Shown: piece by piece, positions 28,535-37,348 of the stretch
Position numbering within the stretch: position 1 is the first letter of the stretch
Layout of the letters: every line of letters starts with the position of its first letter
NCBI GenBank assembly: GCA_024276955.1
Contig: JAJRWE010000181.1
Coordinates: 1 to 57,790 of the forward strand
Direction of reading: 5' to 3'
Source of the DNA: Gammaproteobacteria bacterium
Lineage (GTDB): Bacteria; Pseudomonadota; Gammaproteobacteria; SZUA-152
DNA length: 57,790 bases
Made by a program: the position numbers and the translations under genes
The notes under the pieces: generated by a model
What the model saw: only the letters and a program-made list of their open reading frames with translations
Database searches by the model: none
Told to the model about the DNA's origin: nothing

Positions 28535-29326
28535 ATGCTAGCGGACACCCGGCGCGGCGCTCTCGATGGTTATACCATTGCCGTGACCCGTCCGGCCCAC
28601 CAGGCCGACAATCTGTGTCGACTGATTGAAGCAGAGGGCGGTCATGCCCTCCGCTTTCCCGTTATCGACATCCTTCCGCCGGCCGATATCGCGCCGCTGC
28701 AGGCCCGCCTGCAAGACCTCCCCGACGACCAGCTGGCCATTTTCATCAGCGCCAACGCCGTGCACCATGCCTATCAGGCCCTTGGCGGCCAGCCGCTGCC
28801 TGAAAGCCTGCTGCGCGCCGCTGTCGGCCAGGCCACGGCCCGGGCACTGGCGGCGCACGGCCAGCCGGCCCATATCCTGCCTCCGGCACCCTATAACTCC
28901 GAGGCCCTGTTGGCCCTGCCTGAACTACAGTCGCTGCAGGGAAAGCGGGTCATCATTTTTCGTGGCGGCACTGGCCGGGCCTTGCTGGCCGATACGCTCG
29001 GTGAGCGTGGTGCGCAGGTGGATTATGCCGAGGTGTACCGTCGAATTGTGAGTTCTCTTGACCCAGAACGGTTGTATCGGGCGTGGGATAAGGGCAAGCT
29101 CGATATGATTATCATCACCAGTAATGAAGGCCTGCGGAATCTCTTTGCGAGAGTGGATGCCGGTTATCAGGAGCGTCTGTTGGGGACGACGCTGGTCGTG
29201 ATCAGTGATCGCAGCGCCACGTTGGCACAGGAACTGGGCTTCATACGTCCGGCGATTGTTGCCAGAGCGGCCAGTGACGCCGCGCTGCTTAAGGCCGCAA
29301 AGTGCTACGCGCAGGAATCGAGATGA
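28535..29326 (+). CDS. hemD: Uroporphyrinogen-III synthase
   Basis: 263 aa. Position between hemC and hemX, HemD-like length and pattern. Confidence 0.88.
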   Translation: MLADTRRGALDGYTIAVTRPAHQADNLCRLIEAEGGHALRFPVIDILPPADIAPLQARLQDLPDDQLAIFISANAVHHAYQALGGQPLPESLLRAAVGQATARALAAHGQPAHILPPAPYNSEALLALPELQSLQGKRVIIFRGGTGRALLADTLGERGAQVDYAEVYRRIVSSLDPERLYRAWDKGKLDMIIITSNEGLRNLFARVDAGYQERLLGTTLVVISDRSATLAQELGFIRPAIVARAASDAALLKAAKCYAQESR

Positions 29327-30741
29327 AAAATCAAAGCAATCAGAACAATGAGAAGAGCCCGTCAGCCAAGCCGGTAAAGGGCAAGGCCGCGGAGGACGAC
29401 AGGGATGTCGTCGATAGGGCGACGCAGGATGCCAAAGCCGAAGGCCATTCCGCCAGTGACAAGCCTGAACAAACAAAGGCGGTCACTGCGACAGACAAGG
29501 ATATGCCGAAAGTGGCTGGAAAGGCGGTGCAGAAAAAGCCTGAAACCAGCGTGGAAAAAAAGCCCCCCAACACCACGGAAAAGACGACCACCGGCGCCAA
29601 GAAAGAAGAGAAAAAGCCGCCTGACGTCTCGGCGAACATGGCCGATGTCGCTGAGATAGAAGAAACGGAAGAAAAAAAGGGCTCAGCAGGTTTGTTTGTC
29701 GCCATTCTCGCCCTGCTGCTGGCCGTCCTCACGGCGCTTGGTGTGTACTACCTTTATCTGCAGGGGCAGCAGCAGAACCAGCAGAGCGTCGCCTTGGCCG
29801 AGCGCCTTGGCGAGCTGCAGTCGAGTATTGATGCCAACCAGCAGCAACTGACACAGTTGAGTCAGCTGGAAACGCTGAAGCAGGAAATCAGCGCGATTCG
29901 CAGTGAGGTGGACAGCGCCGCCAGTGTGCGTCAGCGCATCGAAGCCGAACAGCAGACGCTGAACACGGCACTGATGGAGATGTCCACGACACTGGGTCGA
30001 ACCACCCTGGCCTGGCGTCTGGCGGAGATCGAGTATCTGCTGATTGTCGCCAATACCCGCCTCACCCTGGAGCACGACCGTCGTACGGCACTGACGGCAT
30101 TGCAGACCGCGGACCAGAAATTGCGTGCCATTGGTGATCCCGCCTTTGTGCCGGTGCGTCAGGCCATAGCCAATGAGATCACGGCGTTGAAAGCGATAGT
30201 GGAGCCTGATATTACGGGCTTGGCCCTGACCCTGGCCAGCCTGGTGGAGAAGGTGGACAGTCTGCCGTTGCGAGATACTCCGCTGGTTCGTACCGCCGGG
30301 CCAACGGTCACTGGCGGCCAGAAAGACTATCAGTCACTGGATTGGGCCGATGTTCCTAGCGCAATTTGGAAAGATATCCGTGGGTTGGTGGTCGTGCGCC
30401 GAGCGGACAAACCTATCGAGCCCCTGCGTCCACCGTCGGAAGCGTGGTATTTGCGGCAGAATCTGCAGCTGAAGCTGGAGCAGGCGCGACTCAGCCTGCT
30501 GCGCCATGACACGGCCCTGTTCCATCAGCTGCTGGACGAAGCCGCTCACTGGCTCAGGGCCAATTTTGATGAAGAGTCCGCTGCGGTGAAAGGCATGCTG
30601 GAATCTTTACAGAATCTGCAGCAGGCAGACCTGCAACCCAGCCTGCCGGATATCAGTGATTCCCTGCGCGTACTGCGCAAATACATGCAGAGCCTGGGCG
30701 TAGAGGTCGAGGCTGCACAGCGTGAGGGCAGTGAACAATGA
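29323..30741 (+). CDS. hemX: HemX-like membrane protein
   Basis: ATGA overlap with hemD. Lys/Glu-rich N-terminus, one TM, coiled-coil periplasmic part. Conserved hemCDXY order. Confidence 0.8.
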   Translation: MKNQSNQNNEKSPSAKPVKGKAAEDDRDVVDRATQDAKAEGHSASDKPEQTKAVTATDKDMPKVAGKAVQKKPETSVEKKPPNTTEKTTTGAKKEEKKPPDVSANMADVAEIEETEEKKGSAGLFVAILALLLAVLTALGVYYLYLQGQQQNQQSVALAERLGELQSSIDANQQQLTQLSQLETLKQEISAIRSEVDSAASVRQRIEAEQQTLNTALMEMSTTLGRTTLAWRLAEIEYLLIVANTRLTLEHDRRTALTALQTADQKLRAIGDPAFVPVRQAIANEITALKAIVEPDITGLALTLASLVEKVDSLPLRDTPLVRTAGPTVTGGQKDYQSLDWADVPSAIWKDIRGLVVVRRADKPIEPLRPPSEAWYLRQNLQLKLEQARLSLLRHDTALFHQLLDEAAHWLRANFDEESAAVKGMLESLQNLQQADLQPSLPDISDSLRVLRKYMQSLGVEVEAAQREGSEQ

Positions 30742-32012
30742 TCAAATTGCTGCTGATTTGTATGCTGGCGCTCATCGGTGCCGTGGTGCTGGCTCTGCTC
30801 ATCAAGGACAACCCGGGTTATGTGCTGATTGGCATTGGCACCTGGAGCGTGGAAACTTCCCTGGCCCTGCTGGTGTTCTTCCTGTTGCTGGTCTTTGCGG
30901 CCCTCTATTTCACGATTCGTTTTGTCGTGCGGCTGCTGGCTGTGCCGCGCAGCGTGGGAGGTTGGCGTAAGCACCGCAGGGAGCAAAAGGCGCAGAAAGC
31001 GCTGACCTACGGGCTCATCGAGCTGGCCGAGGGGCAGTGGCGGCAGGCGGAACGGCAGGTGCTGAAATATGCCGGACAGAGCGAAGCGCCGATACTCAAT
31101 TACCTGGTCGCCGCACGCGCCGCGCAGGAACAGGGCGCGGAAGACCGGCGAGACCGCTATCTGCAATTGGCACACCAGAACCCGGCCCAGGCCGATATCG
31201 CCGTGGGCCTGACCCAGGTGGAACTGCTGCTGAGTCAGAACCAGAAGGAACAGGCGCTGGCCTCACTGCACCGCCTGTACCAGCTGGAGCCGACACATCC
31301 GCAGGTGCTCAAGCCGCTGGGCAAATTGTACCGGGAGCTGGGCGAATGGAATAACCTCATCGAGTTGCTGCCCAGATTGCGCAAGCGCAAGGTTTTCGAC
31401 ATACAGACCCTCGACGTCATGGCGCTCGAGGCCTATACCGCCTTGCTCAAGGACAGTACCGATGTGGATGCGCTGATACAAACCTGGTCCAGGGTACCGA
31501 AGGCGCTGTGCGACGATGAGACCCTGCTGCTGACCTATCTGCAAAGACTGAGGGATTTTGGCCGGGATGGCGAGGGCGAGCCCCTGCTGCGCAGCGCCCT
31601 CAAACGCCATCGCAGCGATGACCTGCTGCGGATGTATGGCCTCATCAAGGGGCCGGATCTGACGCGTCAGCTGATTCAGGCCGAGTCATTCCTGGCGGGG
31701 CATGGACAGGATGCGACGGCACTGCTGACGGCGGGACGATTGTGTCTGCGTAACGGCCTGTGGGGCAAGGCACGCAGTTATCTTGAGGCCAGCATCAATG
31801 CGCAGCCGAATGCCGAGGCCTTGATCGAGCTGGGAACCCTGCTGGACAAGATGGGCGATCGGGAGACCGCCTTGTCTTGTTACCGGGAGGCGCTGCGTCT
31901 GGCACCCTGCTGTGAACCGCCAGTGGCCGCCGAAGTCGATGTAGTGGAGCATGTTCCGCCGGCCATTGAAGCGCCGGAAGTCGCCAAGCCGCTGGATGCC
32001 GTCAGGGCGTAA
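30738..32012 (+). CDS. hemY: HemY-like TPR membrane protein
   Basis: 424 aa. Two N-terminal TM helices, TPR repeats. Overlaps the hemX stop. Confidence 0.85.
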   Translation: MIKLLLICMLALIGAVVLALLIKDNPGYVLIGIGTWSVETSLALLVFFLLLVFAALYFTIRFVVRLLAVPRSVGGWRKHRREQKAQKALTYGLIELAEGQWRQAERQVLKYAGQSEAPILNYLVAARAAQEQGAEDRRDRYLQLAHQNPAQADIAVGLTQVELLLSQNQKEQALASLHRLYQLEPTHPQVLKPLGKLYRELGEWNNLIELLPRLRKRKVFDIQTLDVMALEAYTALLKDSTDVDALIQTWSRVPKALCDDETLLLTYLQRLRDFGRDGEGEPLLRSALKRHRSDDLLRMYGLIKGPDLTRQLIQAESFLAGHGQDATALLTAGRLCLRNGLWGKARSYLEASINAQPNAEALIELGTLLDKMGDRETALSCYREALRLAPCCEPPVAAEVDVVEHVPPAIEAPEVAKPLDAVRA

Positions 32013-32038
32013 TTCTCCCCCGTTTTGCACCTGACTAT

Positions 32039-33070
32039 TTAGTCGCCGGATTTTGGCGCCTGAAATTCAAATGCATCGGAATAGAAGCGTGCTTCATCGA
32101 GGCCCTGCTCACGGAAGGCCGCGAAGGCGGCCCTGACCATCGCCGGCGGGCCGCAGACGTAGACATCGAAGGCTGAGAAATCCTCGCCCCTTGCCGCCAG
32201 ATCCGCCATCACGGCTTCGTGTACATAACCCTTCGATCCCTGCCATTGTTTTTATGCCTCGGAAAGCACGGGCACATAGCGGAAGTCGGGGTGCTCCTGC
32301 GCCCATTTTTGCGGCAACGCATCCAGATACAGATCCGCCTCGCTGCGCACACCCCAATATAACCGCATGGACTGTGACATCCCCTCGGTAAAGGCATGCT
32401 CAAGAATGGATTTCACCGGCGCAAAGCCAGTGCCGCCGGCGACGAACAGCAGCGGCCGCGTGGAATTCTCGCGCAGAAAGAAATTACCATGCGGCCCCTC
32501 GATGCGCAGCACGTCCTTTTCCCGCAGCTGGTCGAAGATGTAGCCGGTGAAATCCCCGCCCTCGACGTGGCGGATGTGCAGCTCCAGTAAGTGGTCATTC
32601 AGCGGCATGTTGGCGATGGAAAAACTGCGCCGGCGGCCATCCTTCATTAATATATCGATGTACTGCCCGGCGAGGAATCGCAGGTGCTCGTCCTGCGGCA
32701 GCTTAAGGTAGAGCCGCATCACATCGTCGGCCAGCTGTTCCATTTTCTGTACCAGCACGGGCAGGGTTTTCAACGTCAGGCTCTCCACCGCGACGATTTC
32801 CTTGACCTCAATGATCAGGTCGGAGGCGGCGCGTGCCTGACAGAAGAAGGTCGTACCGTGTGGCATGTCCTTGGCGGCCGGAGGCGCCGGGCGATCCGTG
32901 TCATAATCCAGCTCACCCTCAAGCAACTGTCCCAGACAGGCGCCGCAGCCGCCGCTTCGGCAACCATAGGGAAAGGCGTGGCCATGACGCAGGGCGGCAT
33001 CGAGAATCGTTTCATCGGGCTCGATGTCAAAATGATGCCCACTGGGCTCGAGATATACGGTAAAAGGCAT
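32039..33070 (-). pseudogene. 2Fe-2S ferredoxin / FNR-type flavin reductase (AscD-like) interrupted by one in-frame TAA (codon 273)
   Basis: N-terminal plant-type ferredoxin (CRSGGCGACLG), FAD/NAD module (RSFSIAN, LFVAGGTGFAP). After the TAA at 32252-32254 the same frame continues for 70 codons: KQWQGSKGYVHEAV..VYVCGPPAMV..DAFEF, the conserved C-terminus. Confidence 0.85.
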
Positions 33071-33135
33071 TTTGATGGGCGACCAGAGTGGAGCGGAAAT
33101 GTGATTATGCGTGAAGCCATGGACGAGAACCACCG

Positions 33136-34008
33136 ATGAATTCTGTGTTAATAGCCGGTTGTGGTGACATCGGCCAGCGCGTGGCGCAGTTGTACCGAGC
33201 GCAGGGCGGCATCATGCGGGGGCTGGCGCGCAGCGAAACCAGTGCGGTGCGTCTGCGCGCCGGGGCCATCGAGCCCGTGCCCGGTGATTTGACGGATCGA
33301 GTGACACTGAAAGACCTGCCAACGGCGGAAGCGGTGCTTTTCTACTTTGCACCACCACCTGCACAGGGTGAGAGTGACCCCCTGTTGCAGAATTTTCTTG
33401 CTGCCATCGACCCCGCGAGGCAACCGGCGAAGCTGGTGCTGATCAGCACTACCGCCGTGTATGGCGACTGCCGGGGCGCCTGGATCACCGAGACACAGGT
33501 GCTACGGCCGCAGACCGCCCGGGGCCGGCGGCGGCTGGATGCCGAAAATACCCTGCGCCGCTGGGGACAAGAAACAGGTGTACCCTTCGTCATCCTGCGC
33601 GTCGGTGGTATTTACGGCCCCGGCCGTCTGCCCATTGCGCGGCTGGAAAAGGGCCTGCCCATTTTAAAACCGGCCGACTCGCCCTACACCAACCGCATCC
33701 ATCAGGATGACCTTGCGCGGGTTTGCAAGGCCGCGGCGGAAATGGGCGTCTCGGGAGAAATCTATAATGTCGCCGATGGCCATCCCGGCACCATGTCGCA
33801 ATACTTCATCGACGTCGCCAAGGCCCTGGGTCTGCCACCGCCGCCCATCGTATCGCGCGCCGAGGCGGAAAAGGTCATGAGCGCCGGCATGCTGTCCTAT
33901 CTGCAGGAATCGCGCCGACTGGACAACCGAAAAATGCTCGAAGAACTGGCTGTCGGATTGCGCTACCCCGATCTGGCTGCTGGCCTGGCCGCCCTGGAAA
34001 GGAATTAA
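33136..34008 (+). CDS. NAD-dependent epimerase/dehydratase family (SDR) protein
   Basis: 290 aa. N-terminal Rossmann motif VLIAGCGDIGQRV. Confidence 0.8.
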   Translation: MNSVLIAGCGDIGQRVAQLYRAQGGIMRGLARSETSAVRLRAGAIEPVPGDLTDRVTLKDLPTAEAVLFYFAPPPAQGESDPLLQNFLAAIDPARQPAKLVLISTTAVYGDCRGAWITETQVLRPQTARGRRRLDAENTLRRWGQETGVPFVILRVGGIYGPGRLPIARLEKGLPILKPADSPYTNRIHQDDLARVCKAAAEMGVSGEIYNVADGHPGTMSQYFIDVAKALGLPPPPIVSRAEAEKVMSAGMLSYLQESRRLDNRKMLEELAVGLRYPDLAAGLAALERN

Positions 34009-34052
34009 TCCCTATCCCCCCGGTCGAATGCAACAGGCCAATCGCACGTCCA

Positions 34053-34122
34053 GTAGGAGCGGCCCCTCAGGCCGCGATGGATTTCTCACCATCACTATCG
34101 CGGCCTGAGGGGCCGCTCCTAC
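34053..34122. repeat. REP-like palindromic doublet (GTAGGAGC family), copy 2
   Basis: GTAGGAGCGGCCCCTCAGGCCGCGATGG..TATCGCGGCCTGAGGGGCCGCTCCTAC. Confidence 0.85.
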
Positions 34123-34181
34123 AATAAAATCAGCGCTTCCCACAAACAGCAAACCACCAAGACAACAACGCAGAGGATGAT

Positions 34182-34535
34182 ATGAAACTCACCCGACACA
34201 CACTCCCGACTCTGATACTCAGCGCACTACTTATTTTCCCCGGCCTTGCCCTGGCCGAAGAAAGCCTCTGGGACAAAGCCAAACAGACCACCAGTAAAGG
34301 TTGGGAAGCCACTCAAAAAGGCGCCGAAGAGGCCGCCGAATGGAGCAAGGAAAAATCAGCTGATGCCTGGGACGCTACCAAGCAAGGTGCATCCAAAGCC
34401 TCCGAATGGACCCGGGAAAAGGCCGGCAAGGCCTGGCAGGCAACCCGTGAAGGCACGGCCGATGCCCTTGAGGCATTGAAGGGGAAGGATGAGAAACCGG
34501 CCGAAGAGGCCCAGCGGGACAACCGGGTTTTTTGA
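34182..34535 (+). CDS. Secreted Trp/Lys/Glu-rich repeat protein (hypothetical)
   Basis: 117 aa. Signal peptide ..GLALA, then three to four degenerate repeats of about 17 aa each, built around W-[EDQ]-A-T-x-x-G, e.g. KGWEATQKGAEEAAEWSKEKSADAWDATKQGASKASEWTREKAGKAWQATREG. Confidence 0.6.
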   Translation: MKLTRHTLPTLILSALLIFPGLALAEESLWDKAKQTTSKGWEATQKGAEEAAEWSKEKSADAWDATKQGASKASEWTREKAGKAWQATREGTADALEALKGKDEKPAEEAQRDNRVF

Positions 34536-34560
34536 TATTTTTCTAGGCGCTGTTTGGTAG

Positions 34561-34631
34561 CCTGGATGAAGCGCAGCGGAATCCAGGATGAGACGGATAA
34601 ATTTCCCGGATTGTGCTGCGCTTCATGCAGG
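34561..34631. repeat. 71-bp palindromic element overlapping the GFA gene stop
   Basis: CCTGGATGAAGCGCAGC (34561-34577) / GCTGCGCTTCATGCAGG (34615-34631), plus an inner AATCCAGG / CCCGGATT pair. Confidence 0.75.
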
Positions 34632-35030
34632 CGACCGACTGTTTGAACGCAATTGTTCATTCAGTTTTTCTACTGCCTCTTCCCAGTTACGTCCGTCAAA
34701 TTCAATCACTTCATATGACGCTGTATCCAAATCATAATCATCCAGACACCTGACATTGATGCTGTACATGCTGGGCGCCGCACGAGGACGGCTGAATGGG
34801 TGAATACCGCACACGTTGCAAAAAAAGTGCTTTGCTTCTTTTGTGTCAAATTGATACAGCACTAAATGTTCCTTCCCATCAACAAGGGTAAATTGCTCTG
34901 ACTCCACTCGATGATGGAGCGCGCCTTTTTTTGAACAGATAGAGCAATTACAAGAAACCATCTTCTTGATAATTGTGTTTACAGTAAACTTTATTCGTCC
35001 ACAATGGCAGCTTCCGTGGTATGTCTTCAT
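34623..35030 (-). CDS. GFA (glutathione-dependent formaldehyde-activating / CENP-V) family protein
   Basis: MKTYHGSCHCGRIKF..CNCSIC..FCNVCG Cys pattern. Start trimmed to ATG 35030. Lower GC than the flanks. Confidence 0.85.
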   Translation of the reverse strand: MKTYHGSCHCGRIKFTVNTIIKKMVSCNCSICSKKGALHHRVESEQFTLVDGKEHLVLYQFDTKEAKHFFCNVCGIHPFSRPRAAPSMYSINVRCLDDYDLDTASYEVIEFDGRNWEEAVEKLNEQLRSNSRSPA

Positions 35031-35179
35031 GATTTTTCTAGTGCCAGCCTTTGTTGAGAGAAGGGAGTTTGGAGAAGAGAGCCTTCTTTGCTTCCCGGGT
35101 TTTGCAAGCTCAACCATATATGGTCTCCTCCCATCTCACGATCGATACCCAACAATCGACAGATGATCCGCGGTAGGCC

Positions 35180-35345
35180 CTCCGATTTTCGGTCGCCACC
35201 CCTCGGTTTTGGTGATGCCTGACCCGCCGTTAGTTTCTCGATCCGTTTCTGGAATTGATCATTTCCCAGCATCCAGGCATTGTTGGTCGCAGTGTGGATT
35301 TTCGCAAGGATTTTTCCATATCGATCGAGTCTGACCCTATCGATC
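35180..35345 (-). pseudogene. C-terminal remnant of a RayT / IS200-like Y1 transposase
   Basis: Frame reads ..RLDRYGKILAKIHTATNNAWMLGNDQFQKRIEKLTAGQASPKPRGGDRKSE. This resembles the conserved ..G..LG...F...IE...GR....RGRPRK tail of REP-associated tyrosine transposases. No catalytic part is present. Confidence 0.35.
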
Positions 35346-35409
35346 TGCGTGAAATTCCATAATTTGGAAAACGTATAACATCGACAAACACCACTGTAAA
35401 TTGTCTGAG

Positions 35410-35703
35410 TTAATTGGCCTTGTTAGCTGTGACGTCATACAGGCTGCCAGAAACATATTTATGCAGAATACTAGCTACCAACGTTTGGTAAGGGATACCC
35501 TCTTCTAAAGCTCTTCTCTGAATTGCAGATAAATCTCTACCTGACAGCCTTATATTAATTCTCTTGTCTTTTTTGAAAGTTGCCGCTGCAGTCTGCTTAA
35601 TTGACTTCTTTCGCTCATCCGTCATAACAGATTTAAATTCACCAGATTCGTAAGCATCTAGAATTTCTTGCTTTTCTTTATCTAATTGAATTTTTTTCAT
35701 CAT
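35410..35703 (-). CDS. CopG/RHH-type antitoxin (BrnA-like, COG3514-type)
   Basis: 97 aa, ..KRINIRLSGRDLSAIQRRALEEGIPYQTLVASILHKYVSG... AT-rich. Confidence 0.7.
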   Translation of the reverse strand: MMKKIQLDKEKQEILDAYESGEFKSVMTDERKKSIKQTAAATFKKDKRINIRLSGRDLSAIQRRALEEGIPYQTLVASILHKYVSGSLYDVTANKAN

Positions 35704-35789
35704 TTCTCTCCAAAATATTGCTTGGTCGCCTTTCTGCTAGGCATCACTGTCTTGAGAAATATTTCTTCATCATTTTCAATGTAAGGCAC
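35700..35789 (-). pseudogene. BrnT/DUF497-like toxin, C-terminal about 29 codons only
   Basis: VPYIENDEEIFLKTVMPSRKATKQYFGEK* with its TGA overlapping the antitoxin ATG (ATGA). Upstream the frame hits a stop inside a 14-bp tandem duplication AATATGCAGGGGTC x2 (35802-35829). Confidence 0.4.
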
Positions 35790-35913
35790 CAAATATGCAC
35801 AAATATGCAGGGGTCAATATGCAGGGGTCATTGCTTGACCTTGCACACCTGCTACTACATTTTCGACAGATATTGTGCCGGATACCATTAAAGTAGCACA
35901 GCCAGCCAGAGAA

Positions 35914-36684
35914 TCAGGCTGTGCTGACCGGGATTACTTTTGTATTATCAGCAGCCCGCAACGATCCATCATCCAGCATTTTCAAAGTGACGAATGTTTT
36001 GTCGGGTTTGCGAATGACCGCGATTTCCCGGGAATCGGGATTGTAACGGTAGTCGAGATAGCAGTGGTCGCGGGGGTTGGCGAGGATCTTTGGGGTGAAG
36101 ATAACACCGATATCTCCCTCGCAGTGGGCGGAGCGGGGGATGAGTCCGGGGTGGCCTTCGCGGTGCAGGCGCTGGCCGATCTGTTGGCTGAGGTCGTATT
36201 CGCCGGGAGTGGCTAACTGGGGGTAGTCGGCCAGCTTGGGGCGGAAGTCGAACAGCAGGCCGTCGCATTGAACCTGGAAGATGCGGCGTTCGCCGATGAT
36301 GGTTTTCGGCGCTTGCTGGAAGTCGGCGTCGTGGAGGAATTGCAGCCAGTGGTGGGTGGTTTCGAAGATGCTGGTTTCGATGTTGTCGGCGCCGTACCAG
36401 ACGCCGAAGTTGCCGTCGGAATAACGACTGCGGGTCCAATTTTCGAACGGGTAGCGGATGGCGGCGCAGTAGCGGGCCTGCTCAAAGGGGCGGTTGATGA
36501 TAGGGGTGTCGCCGAAGTCGGCGGGTTTGGCGGTGAGTTCGGCGGCAATGGCGGTGCGCCAATCGGTGGGGTCACTGCTGAGGTCATCGAACAGATCTTG
36601 GGATTCGCGCAGGCTGACGATGTTGCGTAGCCAGTCGCCGTGGACGTCGGTGCTGCAGAGTTCGCTGAGGAGGCGGTCGATCAC
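35914..36684 (-). CDS. RES-domain toxin (NAD+-targeting family)
   Basis: 256 aa. R..E..S residues in ..[25 protein letters not shown].. and ..IPRSAHCEG... Overlaps the upstream antitoxin stop by 4 nt. Confidence 0.85.
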   Translation of the reverse strand: MIDRLLSELCSTDVHGDWLRNIVSLRESQDLFDDLSSDPTDWRTAIAAELTAKPADFGDTPIINRPFEQARYCAAIRYPFENWTRSRYSDGNFGVWYGADNIETSIFETTHHWLQFLHDADFQQAPKTIIGERRIFQVQCDGLLFDFRPKLADYPQLATPGEYDLSQQIGQRLHREGHPGLIPRSAHCEGDIGVIFTPKILANPRDHCYLDYRYNPDSREIAVIRKPDKTFVTLKMLDDGSLRAADNTKVIPVSTA

Positions 36685-37097
36685 TGGCCGCGAACCTGGT
36701 CGAGGTAGCTGCGCAGCATCAGTAGGCCGGCGAAGCCGTGCTGGCGTACCACTTGCACGGGGGTGAGGTTGTCGAAGGCCCGGTTGGGTGCACGCATCCA
36801 GGCGTAGGTCAGTTCGCGGTTGTGGGGGAACAGCAGGCGCAGGGATTTGTGGATGCTGAGCAGGTGGCCGACGCGATCCAGCAGGTCGCGGTTGCCGCCC
36901 AGGGGCTGGCCCTTGCGGTAGCGGGCGAGGGTGGTGCGGCTGCCGGCGTCGAGGCCGAGCAGATCCAGTTGTTCTTCGTTGCTGAGCTGCCAGTGCTGGA
37001 ACAGCTGCATGACCATGCGGGCGAGGCCCTGGCGGCTTTCTTTGCTGTGGATATCTGGGCTGGGTGCGTGGGTGTCGTGGGGCGTGAGCAAGACCAT
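36681..37097 (-). CDS. Xre-like DUF2384 antitoxin (MbcA/ParS-type)
   Basis: ..[31 protein letters not shown].. is a typical DUF2384 C-terminus. Start trimmed to ATG 37097 with a GGAG RBS. Confidence 0.85.
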   Translation of the reverse strand: MVLLTPHDTHAPSPDIHSKESRQGLARMVMQLFQHWQLSNEEQLDLLGLDAGSRTTLARYRKGQPLGGNRDLLDRVGHLLSIHKSLRLLFPHNRELTYAWMRAPNRAFDNLTPVQVVRQHGFAGLLMLRSYLDQVRGQ

Positions 37098-37110
37098 TTC
37101 GGGCTCCAAT

Positions 37111-37126
37111 TGTAACAACTGTTACA
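37111..37126. promoter_or_regulatory. Perfect palindrome TGTAACA-AC-TGTTACA, candidate antitoxin operator
   Basis: Lies 13 nt upstream of the antitoxin ATG, directly after a TATA(T/C)-like -10 on the minus strand. Confidence 0.55.
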
Positions 37127-37171
37127 GTATATAGCCCATATGTTGCGTGATTGCAATGTGAGAGATTAGAT

Positions 37172-37238
37172 GTGGGAGCGGTTTTAGCCGCGACAGTGTA
37201 CGGAGGAATGTTTCACTCTCAGCTGAAGCTGCTCCTAC
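37172..37238. repeat. Diverged REP-like element (GTGGGAGC..GCTCCTAC), copy 3
   Basis: GTGGGAGCGGTTTTAGCCGCGAC .. CAGCTGAAGCTGCTCCTAC. Confidence 0.6.
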
Positions 37239-37348
37239 AGCTGTTGGCAGGATGGGTTGTTCTTTCAGCAGATCACGAGTGTGGTTGGAGGACTCGCGGT
37301 AAGCGCCGGGTGCTCAACAAAATAATCAGCCGGGACTTTCTGTGGGTC

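Noticed and set aside
32109-32403. Small ORFs 32109..32357, 32191..32391 and 32209..32403.
   Set aside because: They overlap the conserved C-terminal coding part of the interrupted FNR-like gene in other frames or on the other strand.
35027-35272. 81-aa minus-strand ORF as a real gene.
   Set aside because: Only its first about 30 codons resemble a transposase tail. The rest runs into the GFA start region with no features, so it is treated as part of the RayT-like remnant.
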